Program-made: the position numbers and the translations under genes
Notes under the pieces: generated by a model
The model's database searches: none
Seen by the model: the letters and a program-made list of their open reading frames with translations, nothing else
What the model was told of the DNA's origin: nothing
Origin: Parasitella parasitica NRRL 2501
Lineage: Eukaryota; Fungi; Mucoromycota
Reading direction: 5' to 3'
NCBI GenBank assembly: GCA_025201805.1
Contig: MU619238.1
Coordinates: 72,909-136,879, forward strand
Length of the DNA: 63,971 nt
Shown: piece by piece, positions 13,472 through 28,810 of the stretch
Numbering within the stretch: position 1 is the stretch's first letter
How the letters are laid out: the number at the start of each line of letters is the position of its first letter

Positions 13472-15207
13472 ATGAGTCAACCAGATATTCAAACTGTAAA
13501 GACCTCCGGTGGTCAAGAACTTAAAGGTACAGTACTACGATATCCAGAGGCATAAACTGAGTTTTATTGATTTTGAAATGCACAAAGTTCATACCTATCT
13601 TTTCATCAACAACGAATTTGTTCCCGGTAATGGTCCGTTGATTGAAACTATCAACCCTGCTACTGAGGAAGTAATCTGCTCTGTTCATTCTGCAAATGAA
13701 AAAGATGTTGACGCGGCTGTTGATGCGGCTACAGAGTGCTTCAACACTAAATGGCGTAAAGTTGCTCCCGCCGAACGCGGGCGCTTGATTAACAAACTTG
13801 CAGATTTAATGGAGCGTGACAAGGAGGATATTGCTACTTTGGATGCCCTTGACAACGGCAAGGCTTTCACTATTGCTCGCGATGTCGATGTAACCGACTC
13901 TATTGGTTGTTTCCGCTACTTTGCTGGCTGGGCTGACAAAATCCACGGCAAAACTATTGATACGACTTTTGATAAATTGTGTTATACTCGTCATGAGCCT
14001 TTGGGTGTTGTTGGTGCCATTGTTGTATGTATATCTATAGTTTGTATTTTTTTTTTTTTGTTTTTGCTTATTAATTCTATGCAATGCTAGCCTTGGAACT
14101 ACCCTACTATGATGCCTGTTTGGAAGCTGGCCCCCGCATTAGCCACTGGTAACTGCAGTAAGTAATCATTGATATTTATTTTTTCTGGCCCCAATGGGTT
14201 CAAATGTTCAACACATCTTGATTTAGTTGTTTTGAAAACATCTGAAGTTACACCTTTGCCATTGTATAAATTTGCCGAGCTTGTTGTGGAAGCTGGTTTT
14301 CCTCCTGTAAGTGATGAATCTGTTGATATTTTCTACCCTCATACTCACTCCACAAATATAGGGCGTTGTTAATATTATCACTGGTTACGGCCAGACCACT
14401 GGAAGTTATCTTAGTAGTCATCCTGGTATCAGCAAGATGGCCTTTACTGGTTCAACCGTCACTGGCAGTAAGATTATGCACAGCAGCGCTGGCAGCAATC
14501 TCAAGAAGCTCCAACTGGAGCTGGGTGGCAAATCTGCACAAATTGTCTGTGCTGATGCTGATTTAGCCAACGCTGCCGTCCATGCTCATGGTGGTATATT
14601 TAACAATCATGGTCAGAGCTGTAATGCCGGTTCTCGTATCCTCATCCAGGAAAGTGTTTTCGACAAATTCATGGAGCTTTTCATTGCCGAAACCAAAAAG
14701 ATCAAGATTGGCGATCCCTTTGACCAAGACACTTTCCAAGGTCCTCAAATCAATAAGAGTCAGTTTGACAAGATTATGAATTACATCAAGATAGGTCAAG
14801 AAGAGGGTGCCAAGTTAGCTCTTGGTGGCAATCGTTGGGGAGATAAGGGCTATTATATCGAGCCTACCATCTTTACACATTGCAACGGAAACATGCGTAT
14901 CATGCAAGAAGAAATTTTTGGCCCTGTCGTGGCTATTGCCACCTTCAAAACTGTAGAAGAAGCTATTGAAATGGCAAATGATTCTAACTATGGTTTAGCT
15001 GGCGGTGTGTATACCTCTAACCTTGACACTGCCATTACTGTTTCCAACGAGCTGCAGGCAGGAACAGTCTGGGTTAATTGCTTTGATATATTTGATCAAT
15101 CCACTCCTTTCGGTGGCTATAAGCAATCTGGTTTCGGTAAGGAGCTTGGAAAGTATGCGCTTCAAGAGTACACTCAAGTCAAGGTTGTCAAGATCCAAAG
15201 GTGCTAA
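13472..15207 (+). CDS. Aldehyde dehydrogenase (ALDH1/2-like); 4 introns
   Basis: ATG at 13472; LFINNEF, PWNYP, FTGSTVTG, ELGGKS (catalytic Glu), GQSCNAG (catalytic Cys), EEIFGP, PFGGYKQSG. Confidence 0.95.
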
Positions 15208-16208
15208 ATCTATAGGGAACCATCATTATTGGAAGGTTATACCAGAAATCTCATAGCTCAATATCAAATTCTCAATTAAACATGTTAATAAGATAGTATT
15301 TCCTCTAGCATTTTTGTAGTAAATTGTTAATTGGAAGATAATAATGCGATTGTTGCTACTCCCCTTCTGCATCTCTTTTATTCGAGTATAGGTATAATGT
15401 CATACGCTGTTGCAGCTGCTTAAGTAGCTCAAAAACACAAAATAGAAAATTGTGGCAAAAAAAGCATACAAACACTCATTGGCGGAGAATGAATTGTATA
15501 GAGCAGATTTATCTGGCTTAAATGCAAATTTTCGCCAAAAAATGAGTATGTTGCATTTATCTCATAAGAACGTATAGCAAGTAACCCTTGCTTATTAAGA
15601 AGCTTTGGTAGATATTTAACGTTTAAACATGATTATGTAAAAAAATTAGCAATTTTTCTAATAAAAAATTTGTGCACAATTAATAATGTAAAAAGCTGTT
15701 TTTGTAGCAAAAATGCATATATTTGTCTTTGAAAAGTAAAGTACATTAATTTCATTAAAAGAGCTACTTATGGCACACATTTAGAGTAGTAGATATTGGT
15801 TGTAGCATCATTTTTCAGCGATATTTTACAACATTTGCCTAAACATGAAAAAATCCTCGACCAATGGCAAGGGCCCAAGGCCAGATTTTGATCAAAAATC
15901 TCGAGATACAAATATTTGAAAAACGGATGCAGGGAATATGTTAGAACTGAAATAACACAATCTGCGCAGAAACTGGATCTCAGAAACAATTATTTAGGAT
16001 GTTATAGTCTGCCAAAGGTCTAAATTTGCACTGTAAATATACTTGAATAAAGACGTTCTAAATGTTCAGTTTATCGGCCATGATATAGTGAGATCCACTT
16101 GATAACTGAAGCATGATACAAAAAAGTAGATTTTGGTGAAAGTACGGTAATATGAATTATACAAGGGGCGGCGTAGGGGGGGGGTTTCTTTCTTTTATTG
16201 ACAACAAG

Positions 16209-19200
16209 TTATTTCCTAGAGGTGGGTTGCTTGCTGCTGCCTGAATTTCTTTGTTGCTGTACGTCAGACAAGGCATTACTCAATTTCGAAGCTCTCGCTA
16301 TCATCCTCTCTTGCTGGTAAGAAGACAGTGAAGAAAGGCTAGTTGCAGAAATCATGGACATGCGTTTCTTGTCTGTTCGAATACTAATGGCTGTTGATAA
16401 ACGTTTGCTATTGTTGCCATCCAAAACAACGCTGGATGGTGATCGGATAAAGAATGATGAGCGATTGCTATTGTATGTGGAGACGGATAGACGGTTGGTG
16501 GCCGCGGATAGACGGGACAACCTGTTATTGTTGGGCGCGGAAGTGGCCGTAGATGTGGTTTCAGCCGCATTTTCATTTTCATTTGCAGAGCTGATGCGAG
16601 GTCTATTCAAGGTTTCATTAGTATATGAGTATATTTTTTCAACTGTACAAGCAGGAGATTACTTTACCCAACGCCAGTAGTTGTGGATTTAGTGGGCACT
16701 AGAGACACATCAGCTACAGAGGCAGACGAATAAGAGATTGAAGTAGACCTCAGGCCAATCTCATTGTCACGCACTCGATCCATGAGCTCAGCCAAGTGAT
16801 CGCTGATACACAGTAAGGACTCTTCGTCTTGGCCAACCAGTTTATCTACTTGAGGCTCAATAAATACAGTGGCTAATTGTCGTAGACTTTGACCTATCAT
16901 GGCTTGCTCTTGCTTCAATTCATTAATGGCATCCTGTAAACTCTCATGCACATGTTGCAATTGCTCCAATTCACGAATGATCCATTGGTGGCGGTCCTGC
17001 TCTTCAATGCGCTCTTGTTGATGCTGCTGTTGGCCCTGATCTGCCACTACTTGTAATGGTACTCGCTGCTCCTTTTGTGGCTGTTGCTGCTGCTGCTGCT
17101 GCTGTTGCTGTTGCTGCTGATGTGTTTGCTGTTGGCTTTGAATGGATTTTGCATCCACGCCTTCTGAAACTTCATCGACTACCTCCCATACCTTGACGAC
17201 TTCTTCTTTTCGGTGTCTCACAATGGTCTCCAGCTCGGTCTTGAGGGCAAACACTTGTCGAGCCACCTCAGCCGCATCGTCGTAGAGCTGGGTCATTTGA
17301 TTTCTGGTCTCATCAAGATCAGTGCTTGCTTGCCCTAGGGAAGCTTGCACCTGCAGCAGATTTTGACGAGATTTACTTATCGAATGACTTGCAAGCACCT
17401 TGAGGCAGTACAGACTTGCATCGAGCCTTGCAATGTAGCACAGGGTCGAAAGTTTCGATGCGCACTGGACATTCAGTTGCTTGGATTGCAATGCAGTAAG
17501 TTGCAGCTCTTGCTCTTGCTGTGACGTGGATGTAGTTGACGAGGCACAGCTTTCATCGTCTTCTACATGCTGGTCTTCCATAACGATTTCTGTTACAAGA
17601 TTCGAGTCTTCTTTCCAGTCTTTCTCGACACGGACATGCGGCGTTTCGTCAGTGTCTAATCTATCCAAGAGACCTTGCAGGAGAGCAGGTGGTCGGACTT
17701 TTTGCAGCGACTCCCTGGTAGCGTCTAATTGCAGCTCAACGTTAGTGTACTCCTTCAGCAGCTGCTCTCTTTCTTTGTCCAAGGCGTGCTGTCTATCAAA
17801 CAGTTGTCGTGTGCAAATCATCACTTGGTGCAGTTCTGACTGGACTTGATCTTCACTGCGGGATCTTTCGTTGTCGTTCAGCTCCTTTTCCAGCGACAAA
17901 CACAGTTCATACATCTTCTTCTTGCCCGTCGTGATTTTTTCTAACTGCTCTGTCACTTCTTCAATGTCTTTCTGGATCTCGTATAGGTTGGAATGGAGGA
18001 TATCGAATGACAGCTCGAGCTGATTTAGTGAGGGGTAGCTTGCGCCTCCCTTTTTGGGATTGTTGTAGATACTTGCCATGATGTCGTGCTTTTGACGTAC
18101 GGTAGTGGGTTGACTGATCGATCGAGTCAGCTGATTTGCTTCAGACAGCGGCGGTTTTTTCTCGTCTACTTTAGCTTTTGTGTACGCTTTGGTCAATATC
18201 TCCTTCACGCTGAGCCAACGTTCTTGCACCAGTGCTTTGGCCTGGGTCAATCTTTGCTTGTCTTGTTGGCTGTCCTGATCTAAATGTGTCTGAATCTCGT
18301 GCAATACTTGAACTACAACGACCGTCATGTCTTGATAGAGTCTGTTTCTATCATCGCGCAAATAGAGCACTTGGTCAATAGGTACAGTTTGCAGAATGAG
18401 CAGTGATTGCGACAGATGAACAACGCAGTCATCGATGTTTACGGGCTCTTCGTTTGGCTGCATCTTGAGCTGTTGTTGCTTTCTGGCTGCTGCCTTTCGC
18501 AAACGCTCAATTTGGCCAATTAAATCATCCTGTGCCAGTTCGAGCTGACAGAAGCGACCATCAATGCGTTCAAACACGTCAAACAGTTTTTCAATCTTGT
18601 CGTGCTGCAGCTCAGACATTTCCCAATCTGCTTGATGCACTTGTTCGACTTGCTCCAGCTCCTCACGAAATGACATCATTACCTTCTCAACTAGTTGGTC
18701 TGTTGAATCAAACATCTCATGAGCTTCGCGTAGCTCAAATCTTAATTGAGATATCGTCTTCTCCAGTTGCTGGATCGTAGAAACTCGTTCGTTTTGCGCA
18801 ATATTCCAGGAGCCTAGAATTGTGTCTGTGATGTATGCTAGTGAAGCCTCAATAGAGTCTGTAAAGGTGGTCTGATAGCTGAAAAAGGCCTTGAGGATAA
18901 CCTCAAAATCAGAGTATTCGTCGTAGCTGGGATCGCCTTTTTGGCGTTGAATCGTAGCTACAAGCAGCTGCTTCTGCTGGGACATGGGCAGCCTTTGATT
19001 GCTATCGTCATCGCAGAATAGAAACGAAGCCGAAACATTCGAAGTGGAGGCCATTGTTTTCATCTTGCTGCTGATGGGATTGGCGGCAATTGCTGTGGAT
19101 CGAGACACAGACCGAGTAACCGACGAGCGATTGTATTCACTTGCTGAGTCAAAGGGTCTGATGGTTCCGCTCAGCGACGAGATGAGGGATTTTGTCTTGT

Positions 19201-20982
19201 TGGCATGCTTGCGTTCTGCTTCTAGTTGTATGATTTTTCTTTTAATGTCTTCTGATTTGCATACATCCAAAGGGGTCAAACCCTTTTTGTTTTTGAGGCT
19301 CAAGTCCGCACCACCCTCAAGTATCAGGACTTCTAGCACTTCAGGAACACCACCAAATTCAGCAGCAAAATGCAGTGGCGTATTGCCAGTTGGATCAGCA
19401 ATATTTACAAGCGAACCAAAACGAATCAAGAGCGATGCACACATGGCCAAATGTTCAGGGACGTTACTATTGTCGATTCCCGTCGACGTGATTGTGGATG
19501 ATGATGGTGTTGGCAAAAGCGAGGGCTGCGCTTCGGATACAGCTTTACTACTGTTGCTCTTTTGGATGCCCCACGAGTGCCCATCTTTGTCAACCCCAAA
19601 CCTCGCCAAATGGTGCAGCGCAGTTCTACCGTAGTAAGTCTGAGAATTCATATCAGCGCCAGCTTGGAATAACATGGTGATTGTGTCGAGCGAAGGCAAT
19701 GGTTTGGTACGCATGGCATGGTGAAACGCCGTGAGGCCAGTCTTAGGGTCATGGTGATTCACAAGCAAAGGGCCGCATCGCTGAATTCCGTTTAACGGGG
19801 GTGTTTTCATCAATAAAGTTTGAAGTGATAGATGATCATGAATTTTAATTGCCTGCAAAAATGCAGATTGAATTATATGTACAAGGGGTGCTGCAGCAGG
19901 ATCGAGATGATCGATTTCTCTCAATGTGTCGAATTGAAGGTGTGATAACGATGAAGGGTAGTTTGGAATCGTACCAAGTAGATGCGATAATTTGGAATAG
20001 TTGATGGGATAATTTACAGTACAGTTGTTTGATGTTACCTGTATGAGAGTTTCGGGGTTTAGGGCTAGGGTTAGGATTTGATTTTCATGCAAAAAGTATC
20101 AATGCTTACAAGTTCAGATCTCTTCATTCTTAATACTTCTTCGCATAATTGAACGATCTCAGGGTTTCTCTCGGCGTACTGGATAGCAGACCAGCCATGA
20201 CTATCCGTGATGTCAGGAGAGGCATGGTAGCCTAGCAGTATCTTCACAATGGGCACATTTCCATCTCTGGCTGTATATAGAGGCAGCGTGAGTATATTTC
20301 GCAGCTAAAACAAACAAATCTTGAGCCTTTACCAGCATACATTAATGCAGTTGCATTTTTACTGTCCGTTCCATCAACATTGACCCGCCCGTCTTCCAGT
20401 AATAGCTGGATAATGTCAGCTTTTCCGAGATAACTTGCTAAACATAAAGGGGTGATTCCTTTGATCTCATACTGAGGGGCGTCCAATGTGGCATAATATA
20501 AATTTGGATGACACAATAGTATGTTTTTCATTATATCGAAATGACTTGGATTTGTTTGAGATATATAGTGTAGGTTTGACGTATTGATATTCGATGCATC
20601 CAAATCCAAACCATAGATTGCGCACACCAATGCAGTTCTGTTTGAACAGCACATTAGTCAGTCTCAGACTATTGCAAAACTTAACACAACATTACCTCCC
20701 CCGGCCATCCTTATTATTGATATCCGCACCTGCACTTAATAAAAGGCGTACCATGTTAGGATGGCCGCCTAGCACAGCTATGTTCAATGGTTTGCATTGA
20801 TATTTCTGGTCGCTCTGTAAGCTGTTTATCAAATCTGGTCGACTGGCAATATCTGACGGAATCACTGGTGAAGAGGTGTCTTTGGAGTTCCAAATAAACG
20901 AGCTGTTGACATCAATGCCTGTTTGTAGCATTGAGCGCACTTTCTCAACATCGTTTCTAGCAACAGCAAACAAGAATTCCAT
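16209..20982 (-). CDS. Large ankyrin-repeat plus coiled-coil protein (about 1500 aa); 4 introns; function unknown
   Basis: Ankyrin repeats (KPLNIAV..GHPNMVRLLL..GADIN, TPLCLAS, TALMYA, TAFHHA, TALHHLA, GNTPLHFAA, TPLD), then a long E/Q/L-rich heptad region, a poly-Q tract and a Ser/Arg-rich tail; GT-AG introns join ORFs 20692-20982, 20244-20654, 20071-20256, 16664-20092 and 16209-16610 in frame. Confidence 0.85.
17081..17119 (-). repeat. CAG/CAA trinucleotide repeat encoding poly-Q
   Basis: ctgttgctgctgctgctg... on the + strand; HQQQQQQQQQQQQP in the protein. Confidence 0.9.
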
Positions 20983-21792
20983 GTTTTATTTCGAAAAGAA
21001 AACCAGAAGAAGTGAAAAGAAAGAAAAAAAAAAGTAAAAATAAAAGTAATAAGAAGAAGAGAAAAAGATAGATGTTGATCCAGGTATCATTTATTCCATC
21101 AAAATCAATTGCTTTACCATGATTTTTTTTTTTAAAAAAAAGGAGGTTACTTTATTTGATGTAACATTGAACAAAAAGGGAGAAAAAGAGACAGGATTTT
21201 AAGGGGGCAGTGTTCATAGAGCCATAAAAGAAAATTAAGGGGGGCTTTTTGTATTCCTTGTGTTGCTATACGGCTCATCATCGCAGCGAGCATTATGGTT
21301 GTTGCTCTTGATTGATTTGTTGGATTGAATCCCAGTTATTAATGGCTAAATTGGATCAAATGTGTAATCTATTCGCGCGCGCACCGCAAGCTTGTGCTAT
21401 GTAGACCAATGTTGCTATCGACAACTTGAGCAAGCACACATTGGAAGCCTCTCCCCATCTATTTATAAAACAAGAGACATGTAATAGCTGGTATATGATG
21501 ACGTACAAATCAGTGATTTGCTCCATGATGTGTGTACTGATTTTTTACGGACAGCGGGTGATTCCTCTAAAAAAGAAATTTTTTTGGAGATAACCAAAAA
21601 AAAAAAAGTTGGTTTGGATATACTCTCTCTTTCTTTCCTCTTTATTCCTTTTTTCATTTTTCTGAACCTCCATATTTTTATACATTATTTTATTCCTATT
21701 TAATCAAAAAATCAACGCAAAACTTGGGTAATTTTCTTTGTATCTTTCTCATATCTTTTATTTCTCATCTTTTCTTCTCTGCAATAGAAAAT

Positions 21793-22830
<1,038 letters not shown>

Positions 22831-24621
22831 AAAATTAAAAAAAAATTAAAAAATGAGCCTTGTCGCTAGGTCTCACAACAAATATAACTCTTTTTTATCA
22901 TTTTACTTTACATTACAATCTTCTTTTTTTCCCTTTATTAACACACAACGCACAATCGCACACAAGAAATCCACATCTCAATTTTTATTCCAGCAAAATA
23001 ACATAAACATATATTTTTTTTCCTACTTGATCAGACTGCTGCTTGTATTGCAGGTTTTAGCTTATCAGGTGTCATTTCTCGATTTTTGATTGTTGGGTTC
23101 ATTATTCTTCATATGAAAGCATTGTTATACATGGCCCGTTTTTGTTTTCTCTTTTTCCTAATCAGGCTGAAATCAGGTTTCCAATATGACCTTTCGCAAA
23201 TCATGCAGCCAAATAAAACGCTGTAGGATATTTCGGGCATGTCTAAAACAGTATTTTGGTATTGGAAAAGAAAACTCTTATACAACAATCAACAGTGACA
23301 AATCGTTTCTCGTCTTGTTGTCTACTTTACATGCTGATGGTGATTTGAATCATCAGGGCCTTGCATGTCTTCCAGACGGAGTAAAGACATACAATTTGCG
23401 TGTAGGTGGATACTTGGACCCGTATTTTAGGTATTGCTTTTAGTGCCACCGACACATCATGCACATGCATATTCCATTGAGTCTGTACACAGGACCAACA
23501 TGGAGGTTTATCTGTTAGGTGCTTGTGTAGTTGGGACGGTATCATGGCGTGCACGAAAATCACAATCTTCATTCAACTAGTGATACCCTAACTGCAGCCG
23601 ACGAATACCAAATCAGCTGCAACATGTTTGCCGTGCTTTCAGAGGACAAACAAACAGCCACAAAGATTGCCATTTGGCAAAACATAAAGAAACCATGATG
23701 CTCCTCTATGAATGTGGCAATCTTGTATATTCATAATGATTGAATTGCAAAGAACGTTATCTGTAGATTCCTTGTTTACAAAACAAACGCCATTTATCCC
23801 AGAGCCGTCTTGTTTCCCATGTACCTTGAACATCGGCACCAGGCTTAGCAACGGTGAGTGGTGGACTCCTCCTCTTTTCCCATCGCAAAGGCACCGAGCC
23901 ATTGTTTGTAGGCTGGCTAATTGCTAGCCCAAGTAGATAGTATCATGATATTGCTAAATTTCCATATTCGAAAACTGAAAAGCGCATATTGAGAAACTCA
24001 AATAAGGCTACCTGCTTCGTCTCAGTGTCAAATATACTACATCTTGTAAAAAAAAACCCTCATAAATATATAATATGTTCGCCACACATTTATTAAGCCT
24101 TCATAATAGACTTTCTAAAATATACTCATTTTCAACAATGATACAAGAGACAATGTATTCAAGCCAAACTGGGAGTCATTTATACCATGCCTTTTCCTTC
24201 ACCTCTCCATCAGATTGCAACCACAAGCTTCGGAAAACTGTTAGGTGTGGTTCTAAAAACTTGAATCAGTAGAAAGAGGGCGAATCCTAATAAATTTGTA
24301 AAAAATCAATTATATTGATGACAACATAGTATGGCATTTATTGAGTAATGCATTTTGTACCCTTGTGATGATAGTCTTGTTTTACGGAGTGTCATCCAAG
24401 ATATCATAGGAAAGGGTACTCTCCACATTTTACGCCAATCTCATAAAATGTCCACATCGCAATTTCAAAGACCATATTACAATGGCGCACATAGAATAGG
24501 TGTGTACACAGACAACCTTTCGTGGAAATTTCTGCGTCAACACTTGAAAATCAACTTTGTTCTTTTCATTCATTCATTCATTTTCGATTCTTCAAACTTA
24601 CCCATCATTTAGAAGCCCTAT

Positions 24622-25693
24622 ATGGAATCAAGCGCAAAGAGAAAAGCAGAGGAAATGGAGGCGCCTCCTTCTGCTAAAAGACAACAAACAAATATGCTGC
24701 TGAGAGAGCATTCAATATTTGGTGTAAAGGCAGTGGATGATGTTACTAAATATATTGCTGATTTTATTGCTGAACATTGTCAACGTGAAAACGTCGAGGT
24801 TTGTGAAGGGATTAGACAGGTAGCATTGGTTGATTCATCACAAATTGTTAGATTGAAGCTAAACTGGGTGTTCTGATCGAAAAACGTACGAACCAAAGAG
24901 TCAGTATGGGAGCTTTGACCGAAACGAGTAAACGCAATTTACTATAATGAAATGGTCGTAAACTTACATCCTTTGCAGTTATCTATCCAGATGACAATAG
25001 ACACTATAGATTCGAATCCAACATGCCATTAGAACAGCATCGCCATTTCAACAAAATTTTGAATGACATGGTCAACAAGACTCAAGCACGCGAATATCGA
25101 GTAAATATTCAATGACGAAGCTGTTGTGAGCAGCTATTTAAACATGGATTTTAGGGTGAACGTATCAAGTACAAACACACAATCGAGACAGACAGGTTTC
25201 ATGAAGTACCAAACACAAGAAAAAAGCTTCGAGTGACCACAGATCAAGCAACCGGAAAGGTAAAAAACACTAATACCAATGACAACGAAACAGATGCTCA
25301 CAATGGAATCAGATTGTACCAAATGGCATTATTGAAAAGGTGCGAATTGCCGATTTGAACATTCATGCACCCAACCAAGCATTGGATTTTAGAATATCAA
25401 TCAATTTGGAGCTGCCTCGTACAAAGCCCAACACAGAGCCTGTATTTGAACGCAACAAGGATCGTATCTCGTATCAACATGGCGGCATTGCATTCGATTT
25501 GACTCAAGTAAAAGGGTCGGCTGATAAAGATCCGGACTTGCGCCATGAATTAGAATTAGAATTTGCGGACTCCAGTATATTAGCGAGCGAAAAATCAAAG
25601 CATGATCGTAAAGAAACTTCGCAGTACATGCAAATGATCGAAATATTTATAAACAACATTAGAATTCTTAGTCGCAATGCTTTGAAATTATAA
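24622..25693 (+). CDS. CET1: mRNA 5'-triphosphatase, CYTH/TTM fold (Cet1/Ctl1 family); 4 introns
   Basis: ExExK motif VE|IEAKLG; RFESNM; LRVTTD; EKVRIADLNI; DFRISINLE; RNKDRISY; DLTQV; HELELE. Confidence 0.9.
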
Positions 25694-25724
25694 TAATAAT
25701 AATAAATTCTAGATACTATAGGGT

Positions 25725-26992
25725 TTATTGTGCAGTCATTGTCGTTGGATTTGTTTTTGCCGTTGCTGTTGTGGTGGTAGCGGTTGCTTCTTTATCGCCG
25801 TAGGAAGCTAGTAAAATGGCTTTTCTGACTGGCATCTGAGGCTTTGTCTTTTGGGCCATCCAATCGTACCATTCTTGCGGCTTACGTTTACGTAGAAACG
25901 CAACAATGATAACCGTCATATTATCACATCCAATACCTGATATATTTCCCTTTTCCGCCAAGCAATAATGCATCAGCTCTTCACAGATAGTCCCGAGGGA
26001 TTTGTGTTCGCATAATTTGTAGCGCACAAAATCAATGACTTGTTGGTTATTAAAACAATCCCATATTCCATCACAGGCCAAAACTACAAATTCATCATGA
26101 TCTGTTAATAGGTGTTCAATGATATCAGGTTCAGCTAAAATAAGCAATTATTAGTCCCCGTTTGATACTTTTTATAACAAAGGTCATCCTTACCTGTCAC
26201 TGCTTGGTGATCTGGTGTAAGCTGGGTATTGTTTTTAAACTTGAAATCACCGAGAGCTCGCGAGAGTGCTAAACTTCCATTGACTCGACTGTTTTCAACA
26301 AAGCCGCCTGCGTTTTTTATACGAAGTGCTTCCTTGGTATTCTTTGGTTTATGATCCTGTGTTAAAGGAATCGCTCTACCGTCTTTTGTACTAATGACAG
26401 CCCTTGAATCACCGGCATTGCTAACGTATAGGACGTTGTTTTTCGTGAGTAATGCGGCAACTGCAGTGGAACCCGAGGTATCGTTATTAAACCGAGAGTC
26501 TGATACTCCATCCACACCGATTAGGACTTGAATTGCTTTCAGAACATTCTGCAAATACCTTTTTTTAAATCTTCGTCAATCCCATAATAACCCATCCGTA
26601 TAGCATCCCTGAACCGACCCCTATCAAATGCGGTTGTATCCATTATCTTCTTATGAAGCTCTGAACCACTATATTTGGCCACAGCATCACCTAGTGTTTC
26701 ATTGATTTTAGTTACACAACCGAAATTTGGAAATTACATAGAAAAACTAACCACCATGTCCATCATATACAGCAAAGAAGCTTGTCCCAGTATCTCCATA
26801 GGACTTGATTGCAGTATGTGCGTCCTCCATATCTATATTTTCGTTAATTTTAGAGGCTCAATTGAAGATTGTGTCAGTTTTGTGCTTACTCGTTCGCCAG
26901 CCTTGCATACATGAGGCTCCAAACATGACGCGCTTGTCATTGCCTTCATTTGTACTTGTGTCTGTGATAGGCTTCAATAATGTTTGTCCCAT
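25725..26992 (-). CDS. Protein phosphatase 2C (Ptc2/Ptc3-like); multi-exon
   Basis: MGQTL start at 26992; MQGWR, EDAH, VYDGHG, NAGDSR, DHKP, SRALGD, LACDGIWD, GCDNMT. Confidence 0.93.
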
Positions 26993-28810
26993 TTTGATCA
27001 TAGTATAATACAACACTTATTCTCGAGAATTGATTATGTACACGAATTGTTAAAAAGTATAAAGAGAAAAAAGCAGCTAAGAACTAAACTTTGTAGGTGA
27101 TGATTTGTAGAATCAGTCTAAAATGCTCATTTGAAACTCTCCGGGCTGAGGCCGAAGCTTTAGTGGATAAAACATGGCCAACCATGCCTTCACTAGCAAC
27201 TACATTTAATTACCTAATAATTAATTGAAAGGTTTTAAACTGGCTCAGGAAATGATTGACATTGTAAGCGTGTGTATGTGTAGAGTGTGCATGTCTATTT
27301 GTTGACTTTGGAGTAACCTGACATATTGTTCATAATTGTGTGCATGTACACTAAAAGGAACTGGAGCTATACCTAATCTGAGTGATATGACACAACTTTA
27401 AATTTTGCTACTTGCCTGTGACACACGACTTTATTCAAAACACATTATCTCACTGCTTTTAATTGACATCTTTCAGTAGATTTATTATGTCTCTCAGCTG
27501 AGACAAAAATAGTAGTAAACCTTCATTAAATGTTCGTATTTTTATCGAGCCAAGCTCATACCAAGTTTTGCGTAACTCAAGCTCGAGTCAAGCTTGAAAA
27601 ACCAGCCAAATTTCTAAAAGTTTTGAAATGGCTGAATTTAATACATACTGTGATCTTTTATGAGATAATATGAAATAGTACAACATACACATTTTGTTTA
27701 GCAGAGCTATGATTTTTACAATTGACATTTCCTTTTGACAATATGAATTCATTATTGCACTTACACGAAATAAAGTTCGTTCCAGATCCTTATGCTGGAG
27801 TTACACAAAAGAAAAAGCAAATATGAAGAATTGGATACATATCATCCTAATGGCCAAAAAAAAAAAAAATGATTTTAAAAATGATTTGCGTGCACATGTA
27901 AATTGAGTAAATTCTAACTGAAGTGTGCTAATATTTCTTGTGCTATTAATTTTGGGAAAATGTACTAGTATGTATTAGCATGTATACCTTGATTGGACCC
28001 CAAATCCGTGCTTAAAAATCACCCTGAAAAATCAAATAAAAAATGTAACTTTGCTATGGGTCGACCTCGGGCCTCTGTAGTGGAATACCGAAAAGTTTTC
28101 TCAGGGCCGCCCTTTTAAAAAGTATGTTGAAATGATATGTCGACTGCAGAATTAGAAAGTAAGTAAAAGAAAACAAATCAAATCAGAACCTGCTAAATAT
28201 ACTACAGATGTTCAACGATAATGAGTTGAGTATTTGAGTTTATAGAGAATTGGTATTTCTCGGATACTATATAATAAATGCTTTTTAAAAATTACTAAGG
28301 TTTTGTATTTGCTCTTCAGTTTCTCTTCAGTTTCTCAAAATCATTATAGATTTACGATATCATGTTTCTTCAAGAATGCTGTGGAAGATCAAAGTGGCAT
28401 GCTTCAAATAGAGATTGAAGCTGAAAAAGAAATATTAAATGGTATTAAAAAACAAATATTAATTGTATTGGAGAAATATACATCAACTGAAATATCCCAT
28501 TTCTAACATAACAGAATAGACATTACAACAAAGCAAAAATTGGAATGCTTTCAGCAGGTTTTTTTTTTTGAACTAAAGTTACAAGACAAGCATATATTAT
28601 GCACTGAGCACTTTTAGGCTTTTTACTCTAGAGAGAAAACGCTCTTTGTTCGACAAGAGAGTGACACATTGAATGAAACCTCTATTCTTTCATACAAAAG
28701 ATATTGGTTAATGGCAACTGTTTGTCTTCGGTGCTTTAATACAATCGTGACAAAAAGGGAAATCTTGCCATCATTCAAAGCATTTTCTTTTATTTAAACA
28801 ATATTACAAT

